Shown here piece by piece: positions 54,626 to 64,000 of a stretch of DNA of 64,000 nt. Numbering within the stretch: position 1 is the first letter of the stretch; every line of letters starts with the position of its first letter. Below the pieces are notes generated by a model. The model saw only the letters and a list, made by a program, of their open reading frames with translations. It did not search any database and had not been told where the DNA came from. The stretch is taken from contig CAZYDJ010000001.1 in the NCBI GenBank assembly GCA_964646035.1, positions 7,346 to 71,345 of the forward strand, given 5' to 3'. Source of the stretch: an uncultured Fibrobacteraceae bacterium (GTDB taxonomy: Bacteria; Krumholzibacteriota; Krumholzibacteriia; LZORAL124-64-63). Position numbers and translations under genes: made by a program.

Positions 54626-56635
54626 ATGAGTTTCCGGTTCATGATCCGATGCCTGGGCTTCGTGGCGCTGCTGGCCGCGACGCCGTGTCCGGCTTCCCCG
54701 CCCGCCGCGGCGGACGACGCTCAAGCAGTAATCGATCTGATCGCGGCCGCCGGCGACGCGGCCGATCATCCCGAGGCGAACTCGGTGGTCGTATTCGATC
54801 GCACCGACGTGACGATGGAGGACTCCGGATTGTCCCACGTCACCAATCATGTCCTGACCAAGATCCTGACGCCGGACGGGGCCATCGACCAGTCCTGCCA
54901 GTATTTCGAGTACGACCCGGCCACCCAGCTGATCGAGCTGCGCCGGGTGGCGGTGTATCGCCGCGACGGCGTCGTGGACGAGATAGACGCCTCGCAGCTG
55001 GTGGACGTGACCGCTCCGGCCCATGCGATCTACTGGGGGATGCACATGGTCGCGGTCGAGGTGCCGAATCTCGGGGTCGGCGACGCGGTCGAGGTCGAAA
55101 CCTATCGCAAAGGCTTCCAGATAGCCTATCTGGGTGAAGACGAGGCCGCGCAGGACGAATCGAAATACATCCCGCCCATGGCCGGTCATTTCTATGATGT
55201 CGTGCTCTTCCAGGGCGGCTCTCCCATCGTCGAGAAGACCTATACCCTGCGCACTCCCCTGGACAAGCCGGTGCAGTACTCGTCGTACAACGGCGATGTG
55301 TCGGCCTCCCAGACCTACGACGACGAGAATTTCACCTACGTCTTCGCCAAGCGGGACGTGCCCGCGGCCCCGCACGAGTGGCGGCGGGCGGCGCTGACGG
55401 ACATCGCGCCCAAGGTCGTGCTGGCCACGGTCCAGGACTGGCAGGAGAAATCGCGCTGGTTCTTCGCGACCAACGACTGGGTCTTCGCCGACAACGCGGA
55501 TATCAAGGCCAAGGTGCGGGAGCTGGTCGACGGGCTGGACTCGGATGACGAACGGGTGGCGGCGATCAATCACTGGGTGGCCCAGAACATCCGCTACTGC
55601 GGCCTGAACATGGGCGAAGGCGAGGGCTACACGATCCATCCCGGCGAGATGATCTTCCGCGAGCGCAGCGGGGTATGCAAGGACATCGCCGGCATGACGA
55701 TCACGATGCTGCGCAGCGCCGGCTACGAGGTTTATCCCGCCATGACGATGGCCGGAGCCAGGGTCGAAGCGATCCCGGCCGACCAGTTCAACCACTGCGT
55801 GGCCGCCATGCGCCTCGACGACGGTTCCTTCCGGATGCTCGATCCGACCTGGATCCCCTTCTCCCGCTACGACTGGTCGCGGGCCGAGGGCGAACAGCAT
55901 TATGTGATCGGCACGCCGGAGGGCGAGACCTTGACCACGACTCCGGTCTACGGCCCCGATCATAACCGGGCCGAATTCGTGATCCGCGGCGGGATCGATG
56001 AGAACGGCGACCTCACCGGCCGGATCTCGATCAAGGGAGACGGCTACATCGACACCCGCATCCGCAGGGCCAAGGGCTCGGCCGCGATCTCCACGGTCGT
56101 TCCCGCCCTCGAGCGCTGGTTGTCCTCCCTCTCGGCCGGAGCCGAACTGGTCTCCTGCGAATTCGGCGATCCCGCCGATTTCTCCCGCACCTGCGGGCTC
56201 GAACTGGAATTCCGCGCTCCCGGTTACGCCATGGTCGGCCGCCGGACAGCCACCTGGCTGCCGGTTGCGCCGAGTCTGATCCTGGCCAACTACGCCGGCA
56301 CATCCCGATTCCCGGATCGCGATCTGCCCGAGGAGCGCGAGACGCCGGCCATGCTCTGGTTCTCTTCCTCATGGGATGTGGACGAACTTATTTCACCGCC
56401 CCGGGGATATAGCGCCGAGTCGCCTGACGGATCCTGGACCGCCGGCGAGGCCGGCGACGCGGCCTGGTGCGATCTGGACTGCAAGGCGGGACGGGGCGGG
56501 ATTCGTCTCGACGGCGAATTGGCCGTCCGCGACCGCATCGTTCAGCCCGCCGACTGGCCCGAGTTCCGTGCCACCGTCGAGACCCTGCGCGAACTGGGCG
56601 GGACCAGGTTGGTCGCCCGCCGGAAGGGGCAATGA
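54626..56635 (+). CDS. DUF3857 + transglutaminase-like cysteine protease domain protein (secreted)
   Basis: A signal peptide is followed by a DUF3857-like N-domain. The transglutaminase-core catalytic triad context is ERSGVCKDIAGMTITMLRSAGY (Cys), FNHCVAAM (His) and MLDPTW (Asp). Confidence 0.7.
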   Translation: MSFRFMIRCLGFVALLAATPCPASPPAAADDAQAVIDLIAAAGDAADHPEANSVVVFDRTDVTMEDSGLSHVTNHVLTKILTPDGAIDQSCQYFEYDPATQLIELRRVAVYRRDGVVDEIDASQLVDVTAPAHAIYWGMHMVAVEVPNLGVGDAVEVETYRKGFQIAYLGEDEAAQDESKYIPPMAGHFYDVVLFQGGSPIVEKTYTLRTPLDKPVQYSSYNGDVSASQTYDDENFTYVFAKRDVPAAPHEWRRAALTDIAPKVVLATVQDWQEKSRWFFATNDWVFADNADIKAKVRELVDGLDSDDERVAAINHWVAQNIRYCGLNMGEGEGYTIHPGEMIFRERSGVCKDIAGMTITMLRSAGYEVYPAMTMAGARVEAIPADQFNHCVAAMRLDDGSFRMLDPTWIPFSRYDWSRAEGEQHYVIGTPEGETLTTTPVYGPDHNRAEFVIRGGIDENGDLTGRISIKGDGYIDTRIRRAKGSAAISTVVPALERWLSSLSAGAELVSCEFGDPADFSRTCGLELEFRAPGYAMVGRRTATWLPVAPSLILANYAGTSRFPDRDLPEERETPAMLWFSSSWDVDELISPPRGYSAESPDGSWTAGEAGDAAWCDLDCKAGRGGIRLDGELAVRDRIVQPADWPEFRATVETLRELGGTRLVARRKGQ

Positions 56636-56637
56636 TC

Positions 56638-58539
56638 ATGAAACGAACGAGCATCTTGTTCTGCAGCCTGATTCTGCTGTTCTGCGCCGTGTCCGCCCCG
56701 GCGACCGCCGTCGACACCGTGGATCTGATCGCCGCCGCCCCCTCGGCCGCGGATCATCCCGGCAGCGACGCGATCGTGCTTCTCGAGGAGGTCGGCTACG
56801 AAGTTGACGCCGGGGGACTGATGACGCACCGGGTGCGCACCGTGACCAAGCTGCTGACCGACTGGTCGGTGAGAAACCTCACCGATCCCCGCATCGACTG
56901 GGATTCATCGCGCCAGGAACTGATCATCCATACGGCCAGATCCTTCATGCGCGACGGCTCCGAGGTCCCGACTCCGGAAAACGGATTCAACGAGGTGACC
57001 GCGGACGCCGTCCGGAAATTCGCTTCCGGGCTTTCGTACCGGGAAATGGTCGTCAGCCATGTCGGCGCCGAAATCGACGGCGTGATCGAGTTGGACTATG
57101 AGATCCGCGATCTGCGCCCCGGCCCCCTGCCGGCCGGCGGCAAGGAGGAACTGGCCGGTCCCTGGCCCATCCTGCGCAAGACGGTGACCGTGAACGCAGT
57201 CTCCGGAGCCTCCGCCGAGATCGCCGGCGCCGGATTGCTGCAGAATCCGCCGGTCGTGACGGAATCCGCGGCCGATGACCACGTCTCGGTCTGGACCGTG
57301 AGCGACGTTCCCGCTTTCCCGCTCGACGGCTCCAACGACCGCCGCGGCGATCTCAGGCCGGCCTTGTATTTCTCCACCGTGGGCGATTGGCGCGAGCTTG
57401 CCCTGCGGATGCGGATCCTGGGCGACCAGGCCGTGGTCGCGGACGGTTTGCTGCAGAGTTGGGTGGACCATCCGTTGAACGACGCAGGCGAATCCTCGCC
57501 CGACCTCTCGCCGCTCGACACCGTGCAGCGGATTGCGGATCTGGTCGGCAACCGTATCCGGACCGTGCGTCCGGAGCCGGATTGGAGCAGGCCTCCTCGC
57601 GCCACGACCGCGGTTTTCGCCGGTCTGAAGGGCACACCGTGGGAGAAGGCGGTCCTGGCCGAATCCCTGCTGAAAGCAGCCGGGTTATCGGCGGAGATCG
57701 GCTTCTTCGGCCCCGGCCTCGGCTTCCCGGTCGACGCCGCCACGCAGCATGCGTTCACGGATGTGCGCGTGGCCGTTCGCGTCGATGACCGCAACTGGTG
57801 GCTGGATCCCGATTCCGGCCGCTCCTTCCCCGGCCGCTGCGATCTGGTGGGCCGAACCGGGTTCTTCCTCGAGGATTCAACCGCGGCCTTCCGACGCTAC
57901 ATAGTGTCGGGACTGCCCGGCGGTTCCGACCTTCTGGTGGATATCGAAGCCGCAACTGACGAAGACTGGCGAGCGGAAGTGGAATTCGAGGCCGGCGGCG
58001 CCCTGTGGGAGATGGATCCCGACGACACCCCCGACAGTCTTGCCGAGCGTCTGGCCGGCGACTTGCTGGCCGAAGCCGTGGTCGAAAATCTGGAAATCCT
58101 GGATTGGTCGCCGTTCAAGGTCCATCTGCGCTTCTCCGCGACCGGATCGCCGCCCGCGGTCGAGAACGGCCTGATCGTGATCGATGTGCCACGGCCGCCC
58201 ATCGTCGTCGCCGACGTTCTGCCACCAGGGTTCCGGGCCAACGCCTCCCGGCGGTCGGCGGATCTGCTGATCGACCTCGATCTGGTCGAAAACGTCCGGC
58301 TGCGATTGAGTCCGTCCCCGGGAATGCTCATCGACCACCTGCCGGCCGCCGCCGATCTCGTTTTCGGCGACAACCGGCTCCGGATCGACAGCAGCGAGCA
58401 GGACGGCGTTGTCGTCATCGAAAGAAGCCTGGCCATCGCGGCCGGCAGGGTTCCCGCGACCGATCATCAGGCGTTCCGCAGCCTGGTCGCAGCCGCAGAG
58501 AGGCCGGATTCCCGGTCCCTGGTACTGAGCGCCGAGTAG
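56638..58539 (+). CDS. DUF3857/transglutaminase-like paralog with the catalytic Cys replaced (predicted inactive)
   Basis: It has the same architecture as the upstream gene. The equivalent core reads FAGLKGTPWEKAVLAESLLKAAGL, with no Cys. The His and Asp contexts are retained (QHAFTDVRVAV, WLDPD). It starts 3 nt after the upstream stop. Confidence 0.62.
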   Translation: MKRTSILFCSLILLFCAVSAPATAVDTVDLIAAAPSAADHPGSDAIVLLEEVGYEVDAGGLMTHRVRTVTKLLTDWSVRNLTDPRIDWDSSRQELIIHTARSFMRDGSEVPTPENGFNEVTADAVRKFASGLSYREMVVSHVGAEIDGVIELDYEIRDLRPGPLPAGGKEELAGPWPILRKTVTVNAVSGASAEIAGAGLLQNPPVVTESAADDHVSVWTVSDVPAFPLDGSNDRRGDLRPALYFSTVGDWRELALRMRILGDQAVVADGLLQSWVDHPLNDAGESSPDLSPLDTVQRIADLVGNRIRTVRPEPDWSRPPRATTAVFAGLKGTPWEKAVLAESLLKAAGLSAEIGFFGPGLGFPVDAATQHAFTDVRVAVRVDDRNWWLDPDSGRSFPGRCDLVGRTGFFLEDSTAAFRRYIVSGLPGGSDLLVDIEAATDEDWRAEVEFEAGGALWEMDPDDTPDSLAERLAGDLLAEAVVENLEILDWSPFKVHLRFSATGSPPAVENGLIVIDVPRPPIVVADVLPPGFRANASRRSADLLIDLDLVENVRLRLSPSPGMLIDHLPAAADLVFGDNRLRIDSSEQDGVVVIERSLAIAAGRVPATDHQAFRSLVAAAERPDSRSLVLSAE

Positions 58540-58552
58540 AGCCCGGAGGTCG

Positions 58553-60358
58553 ATGTTGGCATTGCTGACCCTGAAGGATATCAGTCTCGCCCTGGGCGGA
58601 CCGCACCTCATGGCGGGTGTCGATCTGCGCATCGAGAAAGGTGAACGAATCTGCCTGATCGGCCGTAACGGCGAGGGCAAGACCACCTTGTTGAGACTGA
58701 TGGGCGGCGAATTATCTCCCGACTCGGGCGAGATGATCCGCCTGCCGGGCATGAGGGTTGCCACGCTGCCGCAATCGGTTCCCGCGGACCGTTCGGGATC
58801 CGCCCTGGACGTTGCGCGGGAGCCCGGCCCCGATGTCGCCCCCGACGGCGATGCGCCGGCGGAACACGTCGCAACCCGCACGTTGACCATGCTCGGCATG
58901 GATCCCACCGCCGATTTTTCGTCCCTTTCCACCGGCGGCCGCCGTCGCGTCCTGCTGGCCGGGGCCCTGGCCCGCGAACCGGATCTGCTGCTGCTCGACG
59001 AACCAACCAACCACCTGGACATCGCTGCGATATCCTGGCTCGAGGATCATCTGGCCCGGTCCCATTCCACGATGATGTTCGTGACCCACGACCGGGCCAT
59101 GGTCCGCCGCCTCGCCACGCGCATCCTGGAACTGGATCGAGGGCGGCTCTTCGACTGGCCGTCCGACTACGACACCTTCGTCAAGCGTCGGGACGAAGCT
59201 CTCGAAGCCGAGGCCTCGGCCAACGCCGAGTTCGACAAGCGCCTGGCCCGCGAGGAAGTCTGGATCCGACGCGGAGTCCGCGAGAGACGCACCCGCAACG
59301 AGGGCCGTGTCCGTCGTCTGCAGGAGATGCGCGAGATCCACGGAAGCCGCCGCAATGTTCCCGGGCGCGTCAGGATGAAGGCGGAGGAATCGGGCCGCTC
59401 CGGCAAGCGGGTCATCGAGGCCCGCGGCGTCGATTTCGCCTGGGGCGACAACCGTATAATCAGGGATCTGGACATCGATGTCATGCGCGGCGACCGCGTG
59501 GGCATCATCGGACCGAACGGTTCCGGCAAGACGACGCTGCTGCGCCTGTTGCTGGGCGAAATCGTCCCCGATCACGGAGAAATCAAATTGGGCACGGGCC
59601 TGCGGGAGGCCTATTTCGACCAGCGCCGGGAGGTTCTCGACGAGAACGCCACAGTGCGCGAAAACGTGGCCGACGGAGCGGATACGATGCACCTCGGCAG
59701 CGGCGACCGCCACGTCATGAGCTACCTGCAGGATTTCCTCTTCACACCCGACAGGGCCCACGCCCCGATCACCGCCCTTTCCGGCGGTGAGCGCAACCGT
59801 CTGCTGCTGGCCCGCATCTTCGCCAAGCCGTCGAACCTGATGGTCCTCGACGAGCCGACCAATGATCTGGATATCGAAACCCTGGAACTGCTCGAGGAAC
59901 TGCTGCTGGATTATAACGGCACGGTTCTGGTGGTGAGCCACGACCGCGCCTTTCTGGACAACGTCGTGACCAGCACGCTGGCTCTGGAGGGAGACGGCAG
60001 GGTAGTCGAATACGCCGGCGGCCACAGCGATTGGGAACGTGTCCGGGCCGCGGCGGCCTCCGGACGGGAGCCGCGTCGCCGCGAAGGCGGCGGCGGCAGG
60101 AAACGGCCCGACCGCCGGCCCAAGGACCTGACCTGGAAGGAAGAACGGGAGTTGGAAACTCTCCCCGGCCGGATCGAGGACCTGGAGCTCGAACTGTCCG
60201 GCCTGCAGCAGGAACTGTCCGATCCGGAACTCTATCGCAAGGAAGGCTCTTTCGTTGCCGCCCGGAAGGCCGAATTGGCCGCCAAGGAAGCGGATCTGGC
60301 TTCGACGTACGCCCGCTGGGAGGAATTGGAATCGAAGCGCGACCTGCTCCGGGAATGA
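58553..60358 (+). CDS. ABC-F family ATPase (two ABC cassettes, no TMD; Uup/YheS/EttA-like translation factor)
   Basis: Two Walker A motifs (GRNGEGKTT, GPNGSGKTT), two ABC signatures (LSTGGRRRV, LSGGERNRL), a basic inter-domain linker and a C-terminal coiled-coil. Confidence 0.9.
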   Translation: MLALLTLKDISLALGGPHLMAGVDLRIEKGERICLIGRNGEGKTTLLRLMGGELSPDSGEMIRLPGMRVATLPQSVPADRSGSALDVAREPGPDVAPDGDAPAEHVATRTLTMLGMDPTADFSSLSTGGRRRVLLAGALAREPDLLLLDEPTNHLDIAAISWLEDHLARSHSTMMFVTHDRAMVRRLATRILELDRGRLFDWPSDYDTFVKRRDEALEAEASANAEFDKRLAREEVWIRRGVRERRTRNEGRVRRLQEMREIHGSRRNVPGRVRMKAEESGRSGKRVIEARGVDFAWGDNRIIRDLDIDVMRGDRVGIIGPNGSGKTTLLRLLLGEIVPDHGEIKLGTGLREAYFDQRREVLDENATVRENVADGADTMHLGSGDRHVMSYLQDFLFTPDRAHAPITALSGGERNRLLLARIFAKPSNLMVLDEPTNDLDIETLELLEELLLDYNGTVLVVSHDRAFLDNVVTSTLALEGDGRVVEYAGGHSDWERVRAAAASGREPRRREGGGGRKRPDRRPKDLTWKEERELETLPGRIEDLELELSGLQQELSDPELYRKEGSFVAARKAELAAKEADLASTYARWEELESKRDLLRE

Positions 60359-60448
60359 TCGCTGCGTATTGACGCTCTCCCCGATCGTGTTTTTCCTGGG
60401 TCCGTCCCGAACAAGGTCAAAAGCGAATTCAATGCCGGAGGTTCCTTA

Positions 60449-61066
60449 ATGGATGTCACCACCGCCATCAATACACGCCGGGCAGTGAAGCACTTCGATC
60501 CCGACCATCGGATGAGCCAAGAGCAGACCGATCGGATCCTCTCGCTGGCCATGCTCTCGCCGACCGCCTTCAACATCCAGAACTGGCGCTTCGTAGTCGT
60601 GAAGGATCCCGAACTGCGCGGCCGGATCCGGGAGAAGTCCTTCAATCAGGCCCAGGTCACCGACGCGTCGCTGCTGGTGGTCATGTGCGCCGATCTGCGT
60701 TCCTGGGACAAGGATCCCGACCGTTACTGGTGCAACGCCCCCGACGATGTCCGCTGCCAACTCGTCGGCATGCTGCGCGGTTTCTACAAGGACAACGAGC
60801 AACTCCAGCGTGACGAGGCCATGCGCTCCTGCGGCTTGGCCGCGATGACCCTGATGCTCGCCGCCCGCGAGATGGGATATGATTCCTGTCCGATGGACGG
60901 TTTCGATTTCGACGCCGTCGGAGAATTGATCGGCCTGCCCGAAGATCACGTCATCTCGATGTTCGTCGCCATCGGCAAAGCGCTGCAGCCGGCCCGGGAA
61001 CGGCCCGGACAATTGCCGGCGGCAGAAGTGGTCATCAGCGACGGTTTCCCGGCGGAGGCGGAATGA
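60449..61066 (+). CDS. nitroreductase family protein
   Basis: TRRAVKHFD, NIQNWRFVVV and CPMDGFD motifs. It has a GGAGG RBS. Confidence 0.82.
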   Translation: MDVTTAINTRRAVKHFDPDHRMSQEQTDRILSLAMLSPTAFNIQNWRFVVVKDPELRGRIREKSFNQAQVTDASLLVVMCADLRSWDKDPDRYWCNAPDDVRCQLVGMLRGFYKDNEQLQRDEAMRSCGLAAMTLMLAAREMGYDSCPMDGFDFDAVGELIGLPEDHVISMFVAIGKALQPARERPGQLPAAEVVISDGFPAEAE

Positions 61067-62019
61067 CGATTCCCGAACCGGTTTTCCAGGATGTCCTCGA
61101 CGCCCATTCCCGCATCCGCAGCCTGGTGCACTGGACCCCGGTGCTCACCTGCGGCTCCCTGGATCGGATCGCCGGTTGTGAGATCCATTTCAAATGCGAG
61201 AATCTGCAGAAAGTGGGCGCCTTCAAGATCAGGGGCGCAACCAACGCCGTGCTCTCGCTGACCGAAGCCGAAGCGGCCCGCGGAGTAGCCACGCACTCGT
61301 CGGGAAACCACGCCGCGGCTCTGGCCCAGGCCGCAGCCTGGCGCGATATCCCGGCCTATGTCGTCATGCCCGAGAATTCACCGCGGGTGAAGGTGGCGGC
61401 CGTCCGGGGATACGGCGCCGAAATCACTTTCTGCGCTGCGAATCTGCCTGCCCGCGAGGAGGGCCTGGCTAATGTCGCAGCCGTCACCGGCGCCACGGTC
61501 ATCCACCCCTACAACGACCCGCGCGTCATCGCGGGACAAGGCACCGCCGCTCTCGAATTATGCGAGGATGTTCCCGGACTGGATGCTGTCCTGGCTCCCG
61601 TCGGCGGCGGCGGGCTGGTCGGCGGAACTTCGATCGCGGTCGGCGGCGCCAGGCCGGAGGCCCGGGTCTACGCCTGCGAGCCGGCCAACGCCGACGACGC
61701 ACTGCGCTCCTTCCGCGCCGGCCGGATCATCCCGGTGGGCGAGACGGACACGATCGCCGACGGGCTGCGCACTTCCCTGGGGTCGATGACCTTCCCGCTG
61801 CTGCGGGACAACGTGACCGATGTGCTGACCGTTTCCGAGAAGGATATCATCAAGGCGATGCGCCTCGTCTGGGAGCGGATGAAGATCCTGGTCGAGCCTT
61901 CGTCGGCAGTGCCCCTGGCGGCCCTGCTGGCCAACCCGGATATTTTCGCCGGACTGCGGGTGGGTATCATTATTTCCGGAGGCAACGTGGACCTAGATCG
62001 GCTCCCCTGGACCGGCTGA
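61063..62019 (+). CDS. PLP-dependent serine/threonine dehydratase family enzyme (serine racemase / threonine ammonia-lyase-like)
   Basis: The PLP-lysine motif is FKCENLQKVGAFKIRGA. HSSGNHA and a Gly-rich GGGGL loop are present. It forms an ATGA overlap with the nitroreductase gene. Confidence 0.85.
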   Translation: MTIPEPVFQDVLDAHSRIRSLVHWTPVLTCGSLDRIAGCEIHFKCENLQKVGAFKIRGATNAVLSLTEAEAARGVATHSSGNHAAALAQAAAWRDIPAYVVMPENSPRVKVAAVRGYGAEITFCAANLPAREEGLANVAAVTGATVIHPYNDPRVIAGQGTAALELCEDVPGLDAVLAPVGGGGLVGGTSIAVGGARPEARVYACEPANADDALRSFRAGRIIPVGETDTIADGLRTSLGSMTFPLLRDNVTDVLTVSEKDIIKAMRLVWERMKILVEPSSAVPLAALLANPDIFAGLRVGIIISGGNVDLDRLPWTG

Positions 62020-63669
62020 CATCCCGACCGGGATCCTGTCCTCGGATTTTCGGTCGGCCACGGTGAAAACGGTGGCGAACCTGCCGTTTCCAGCCGGCAG
62101 GACGGAGACCCGGAAATTGCGGCCGAGGCTCTTGACTTCGTGTTCGAACTCGGTGGCGATGCCTTCGACTCCCACCCGCCCCAGCTTGTCGATCCAGATC
62201 TTCTCGATCCCGGGAATCGCTTCGGTCACCCTCCTGCCGACTACGTCCTCGGCCTGCAATCCGGTCAGTTCGGAGAACGCCGGATTGACTTCCAGGAACA
62301 GCAGATCGACGGGTTCGCCGGCTTCGTTGCAAACCACTTCCTGCAGCGCATGGCCCTCCGGCGACACCGCGAACAGGGCCCGCATCAGGTCCACGCCCTG
62401 GGCCCGCTCGCTCTCCGCGCGCACCCTGTCGGTGATGTCGATGATGAACCCTTCGAGAGCCCCGACACCGTTCTCGTCGGTATCCACGCCGACTCCCTGT
62501 TCCCATACCCATCGTTCATCGCCGCAAGCCGTGTAGAGCCGGTATTCGATCTGGAAGGGTACTCCCCGCTCGACAGCATCTCTGATGGCACTTTGGTTCT
62601 TCAGCCTGTCTTCGGGATGGACCAGTTCGGCGTAGGGCATGCCCCCGCGGCCGACCAGTTCGTTGGGGGCATAGCCGGTCAGTTTCCGGCAGCCGTCGCT
62701 GACGAAAAGCATCGTCCAGTCGTCGTTGTCCAGGCAGCGATAGGCCATTCCCGGCAGATTGGCCATCAGCAGAGCCAGGCGTCGCTCGCTCTCGCAAAGC
62801 GCCAGTTCGGCCTGCTTGCGCTCGGTGATGTCACGGGCCTGCCAGACGAATCCAACGGTTTCGTCGTGTTCGTCGCGCAGCAGGGTGACCATCATGTTCG
62901 TCGGGAACTCGATGCCGTCGCCGCGCATGTGGCCGACCTCGCCCTCCCAGGAACCTCCGGCCATGATCGCTTTGCGGATCGGCAGGATCTCTGCTGCGAT
63001 CTGGGCCTCGGTGTGGAAAATGCCGATATCGCGGCCGAGGATCTGGCGTACGGTCATGTCGTGCATGCGGGCCCAGGCCGGATTGACGTATTCGATCTCG
63101 CCCTGCACGTCGGTCACCACGATTCCGTCGCGGGACTGGATGACTGCGCGTCCGAGCAGGCGCAGCCGGTCCTCGGTGAACCGGCGGGCGGTGATGTCGA
63201 AAAGCACGGCCCGCAGGCCGCAGATCCGGCCCGAGGCCACGATGGGCGCCGCGTGGCACAGGGTGGGAAAGCTCGATCCGGCCCGGGTGAGCACGTCAAT
63301 TTCGAGGGTGATCTGATCGGATCCGCCCCACAAACGCCTGACAGCCAGACGCGCCCGGTCCCGGTCGGCCGGCGCGATCATCTGGTAGACATCGTTATTA
63401 TCCTTCAATTCATCGCGGCTGAAACCCGTCAGCACCGATGCCTGTTCGTTGGCGTAGACCAGCCTCGAATCCAGGTCGACCTCGATGACAATGGCGGGCA
63501 GCAGCTCGGCCAGATTCCGGAAACGGGAATCCGTGGAGTTCTGACAGCCGTCACCGTACCCGCAAAAATTCTCCGGCTCGGGATGGACGCAGGCGACCGC
63601 TCCGCAGAGGCGGCTTTCATGCCGTTGGTCCCGGGAAACCGATTTCAACATTGACCCCCCATAATGCAA
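61993..63669 (-). CDS. multi-PAS/PAC sensor protein (about four PAS domains, no recognisable output domain; Cys-rich N-terminus)
   Basis: Repeated PAS S-box and PAC motifs are present (YANEQASVLTGFSRDELKD; YVNPAWARMHDMTVRQILGRD; FVSDGCRKLTGYAPNELVGR; EVNPAFSELTGLQAEDVVGRR). The N-terminus has CGAVACVHPEPENFCGYGDGC. Confidence 0.72.
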   Translation of the reverse strand: MHYGGSMLKSVSRDQRHESRLCGAVACVHPEPENFCGYGDGCQNSTDSRFRNLAELLPAIVIEVDLDSRLVYANEQASVLTGFSRDELKDNNDVYQMIAPADRDRARLAVRRLWGGSDQITLEIDVLTRAGSSFPTLCHAAPIVASGRICGLRAVLFDITARRFTEDRLRLLGRAVIQSRDGIVVTDVQGEIEYVNPAWARMHDMTVRQILGRDIGIFHTEAQIAAEILPIRKAIMAGGSWEGEVGHMRGDGIEFPTNMMVTLLRDEHDETVGFVWQARDITERKQAELALCESERRLALLMANLPGMAYRCLDNDDWTMLFVSDGCRKLTGYAPNELVGRGGMPYAELVHPEDRLKNQSAIRDAVERGVPFQIEYRLYTACGDERWVWEQGVGVDTDENGVGALEGFIIDITDRVRAESERAQGVDLMRALFAVSPEGHALQEVVCNEAGEPVDLLFLEVNPAFSELTGLQAEDVVGRRVTEAIPGIEKIWIDKLGRVGVEGIATEFEHEVKSLGRNFRVSVLPAGNGRFATVFTVADRKSEDRIPVGMSAGPGEPI

Positions 63670-63743
63670 TTAATGCACAGATTCACTCTCGGCCTTGATC
63701 GACCGGAAGCCATACCCTCTTTAGCAGATAAGTGATGTCGGTT

Positions 63744-64000
63744 TCAGGCTTCTTCCCGCCCCCCGGGCAGGAATTCGCTGAAGGACGCTCCGTAGAGATC
63801 CCAGACCGTTACCAGCAGCGCGGCGACTATCGGACCGATCAGGAATCCGAGGACGCCGAAGAACAGGATACCGCCCACGGTACCCAGGAATATGAGCAGA
63901 TCATGGAGCTTGGTATCACGGCCGACCAGGCGGGGCCGCAGCAGGTTGTCGACGCTGCCGACGATCAATCCGCAGAACAACGCCAGCAACACGCCGCGCA
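63744..64000 (-). CDS. AI-2E family transporter (C-terminal part; gene continues beyond the window end)
   Basis: Its C-terminal TM helices and the motif RPRLVGRDTKLHDLLIFLGTVGGILFFGVLGFLIGP are typical of the PF01594 family. Confidence 0.55.
   Translation of the reverse strand, partial: RGVLLALFCGLIVGSVDNLLRPRLVGRDTKLHDLLIFLGTVGGILFFGVLGFLIGPIVAALLVTVWDLYGASFSEFLPGGREEA

Noticed and set aside
58712-60025. A 437-aa minus-strand ORF antisense to the ABC-F gene.
   Set aside because: It is a shadow ORF. The ABC-F Walker and signature motifs are on the + strand.
62140-63654. A 504-aa + strand ORF antisense to the PAS sensor gene.
   Set aside because: It is a shadow ORF. PAS motifs are on the minus strand.

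Overview
This window is a high-GC (~65%) bacterial chromosomal segment that appears syntenic and gene-dense, with no CRISPR arrays, rRNA, or obvious mobile elements. The gene content points to an FCB-superphylum organism (Gemmatimonadota-like or candidate-phylum-like): two proteins end in type-IX-secretion (T9SS/Por) C-terminal sorting domains, there is a PorV/FadL-like outer-membrane barrel, and a tonB-exbB-exbD-exbD-TPR cluster.

Left third (minus strand): partial rpsD, Tex, then a ~15 kb co-directional block. Reading 5' to 3' it is: a 2256-aa repeat adhesin (T9SS cargo), an outer-membrane barrel with a FlgD-Ig-like domain, a ~1000-aa TPR protein (translationally coupled by a TGATG junction), ExbB, ExbD, ExbD, TonB, and a secreted OmpA-like protein.

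Middle: a SAM-dependent methyltransferase, a tiny Cys4 protein with an acidic tail, a TetR-regulated RND efflux operon (TetR, outer-membrane factor, membrane-fusion protein, RND pump), dCMP deaminase, a second T9SS cargo protein, and gpmI. This is followed by a clear TPP riboswitch in front of a TonB-dependent receptor, thiamine pyrophosphokinase and an SSF-family transporter (a thiamine salvage operon).

Right third: two ECF sigma/anti-sigma pairs, MscS, several secreted or outer-membrane hypotheticals, an Ogt-AlkA fusion, a tricorn-like S41 protease, an RRM RNA-binding protein, a GYD protein, tandem DUF3857/transglutaminase paralogs, an ABC-F ATPase, a nitroreductase, a PLP-dependent dehydratase, a multi-PAS sensor, and a partial AI-2E transporter.

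The most notable find is a gene the ORF track misses. A HesB/IscA-like (A-type Fe-S carrier) selenoprotein lies on the minus strand at 19440..19799. It carries an in-frame TGA (19671-19673) exactly where the conserved GCSG cysteine would sit, with a candidate SECIS hairpin about 20 nt downstream. Reading through the TGA restores a full-length IscA-like protein.
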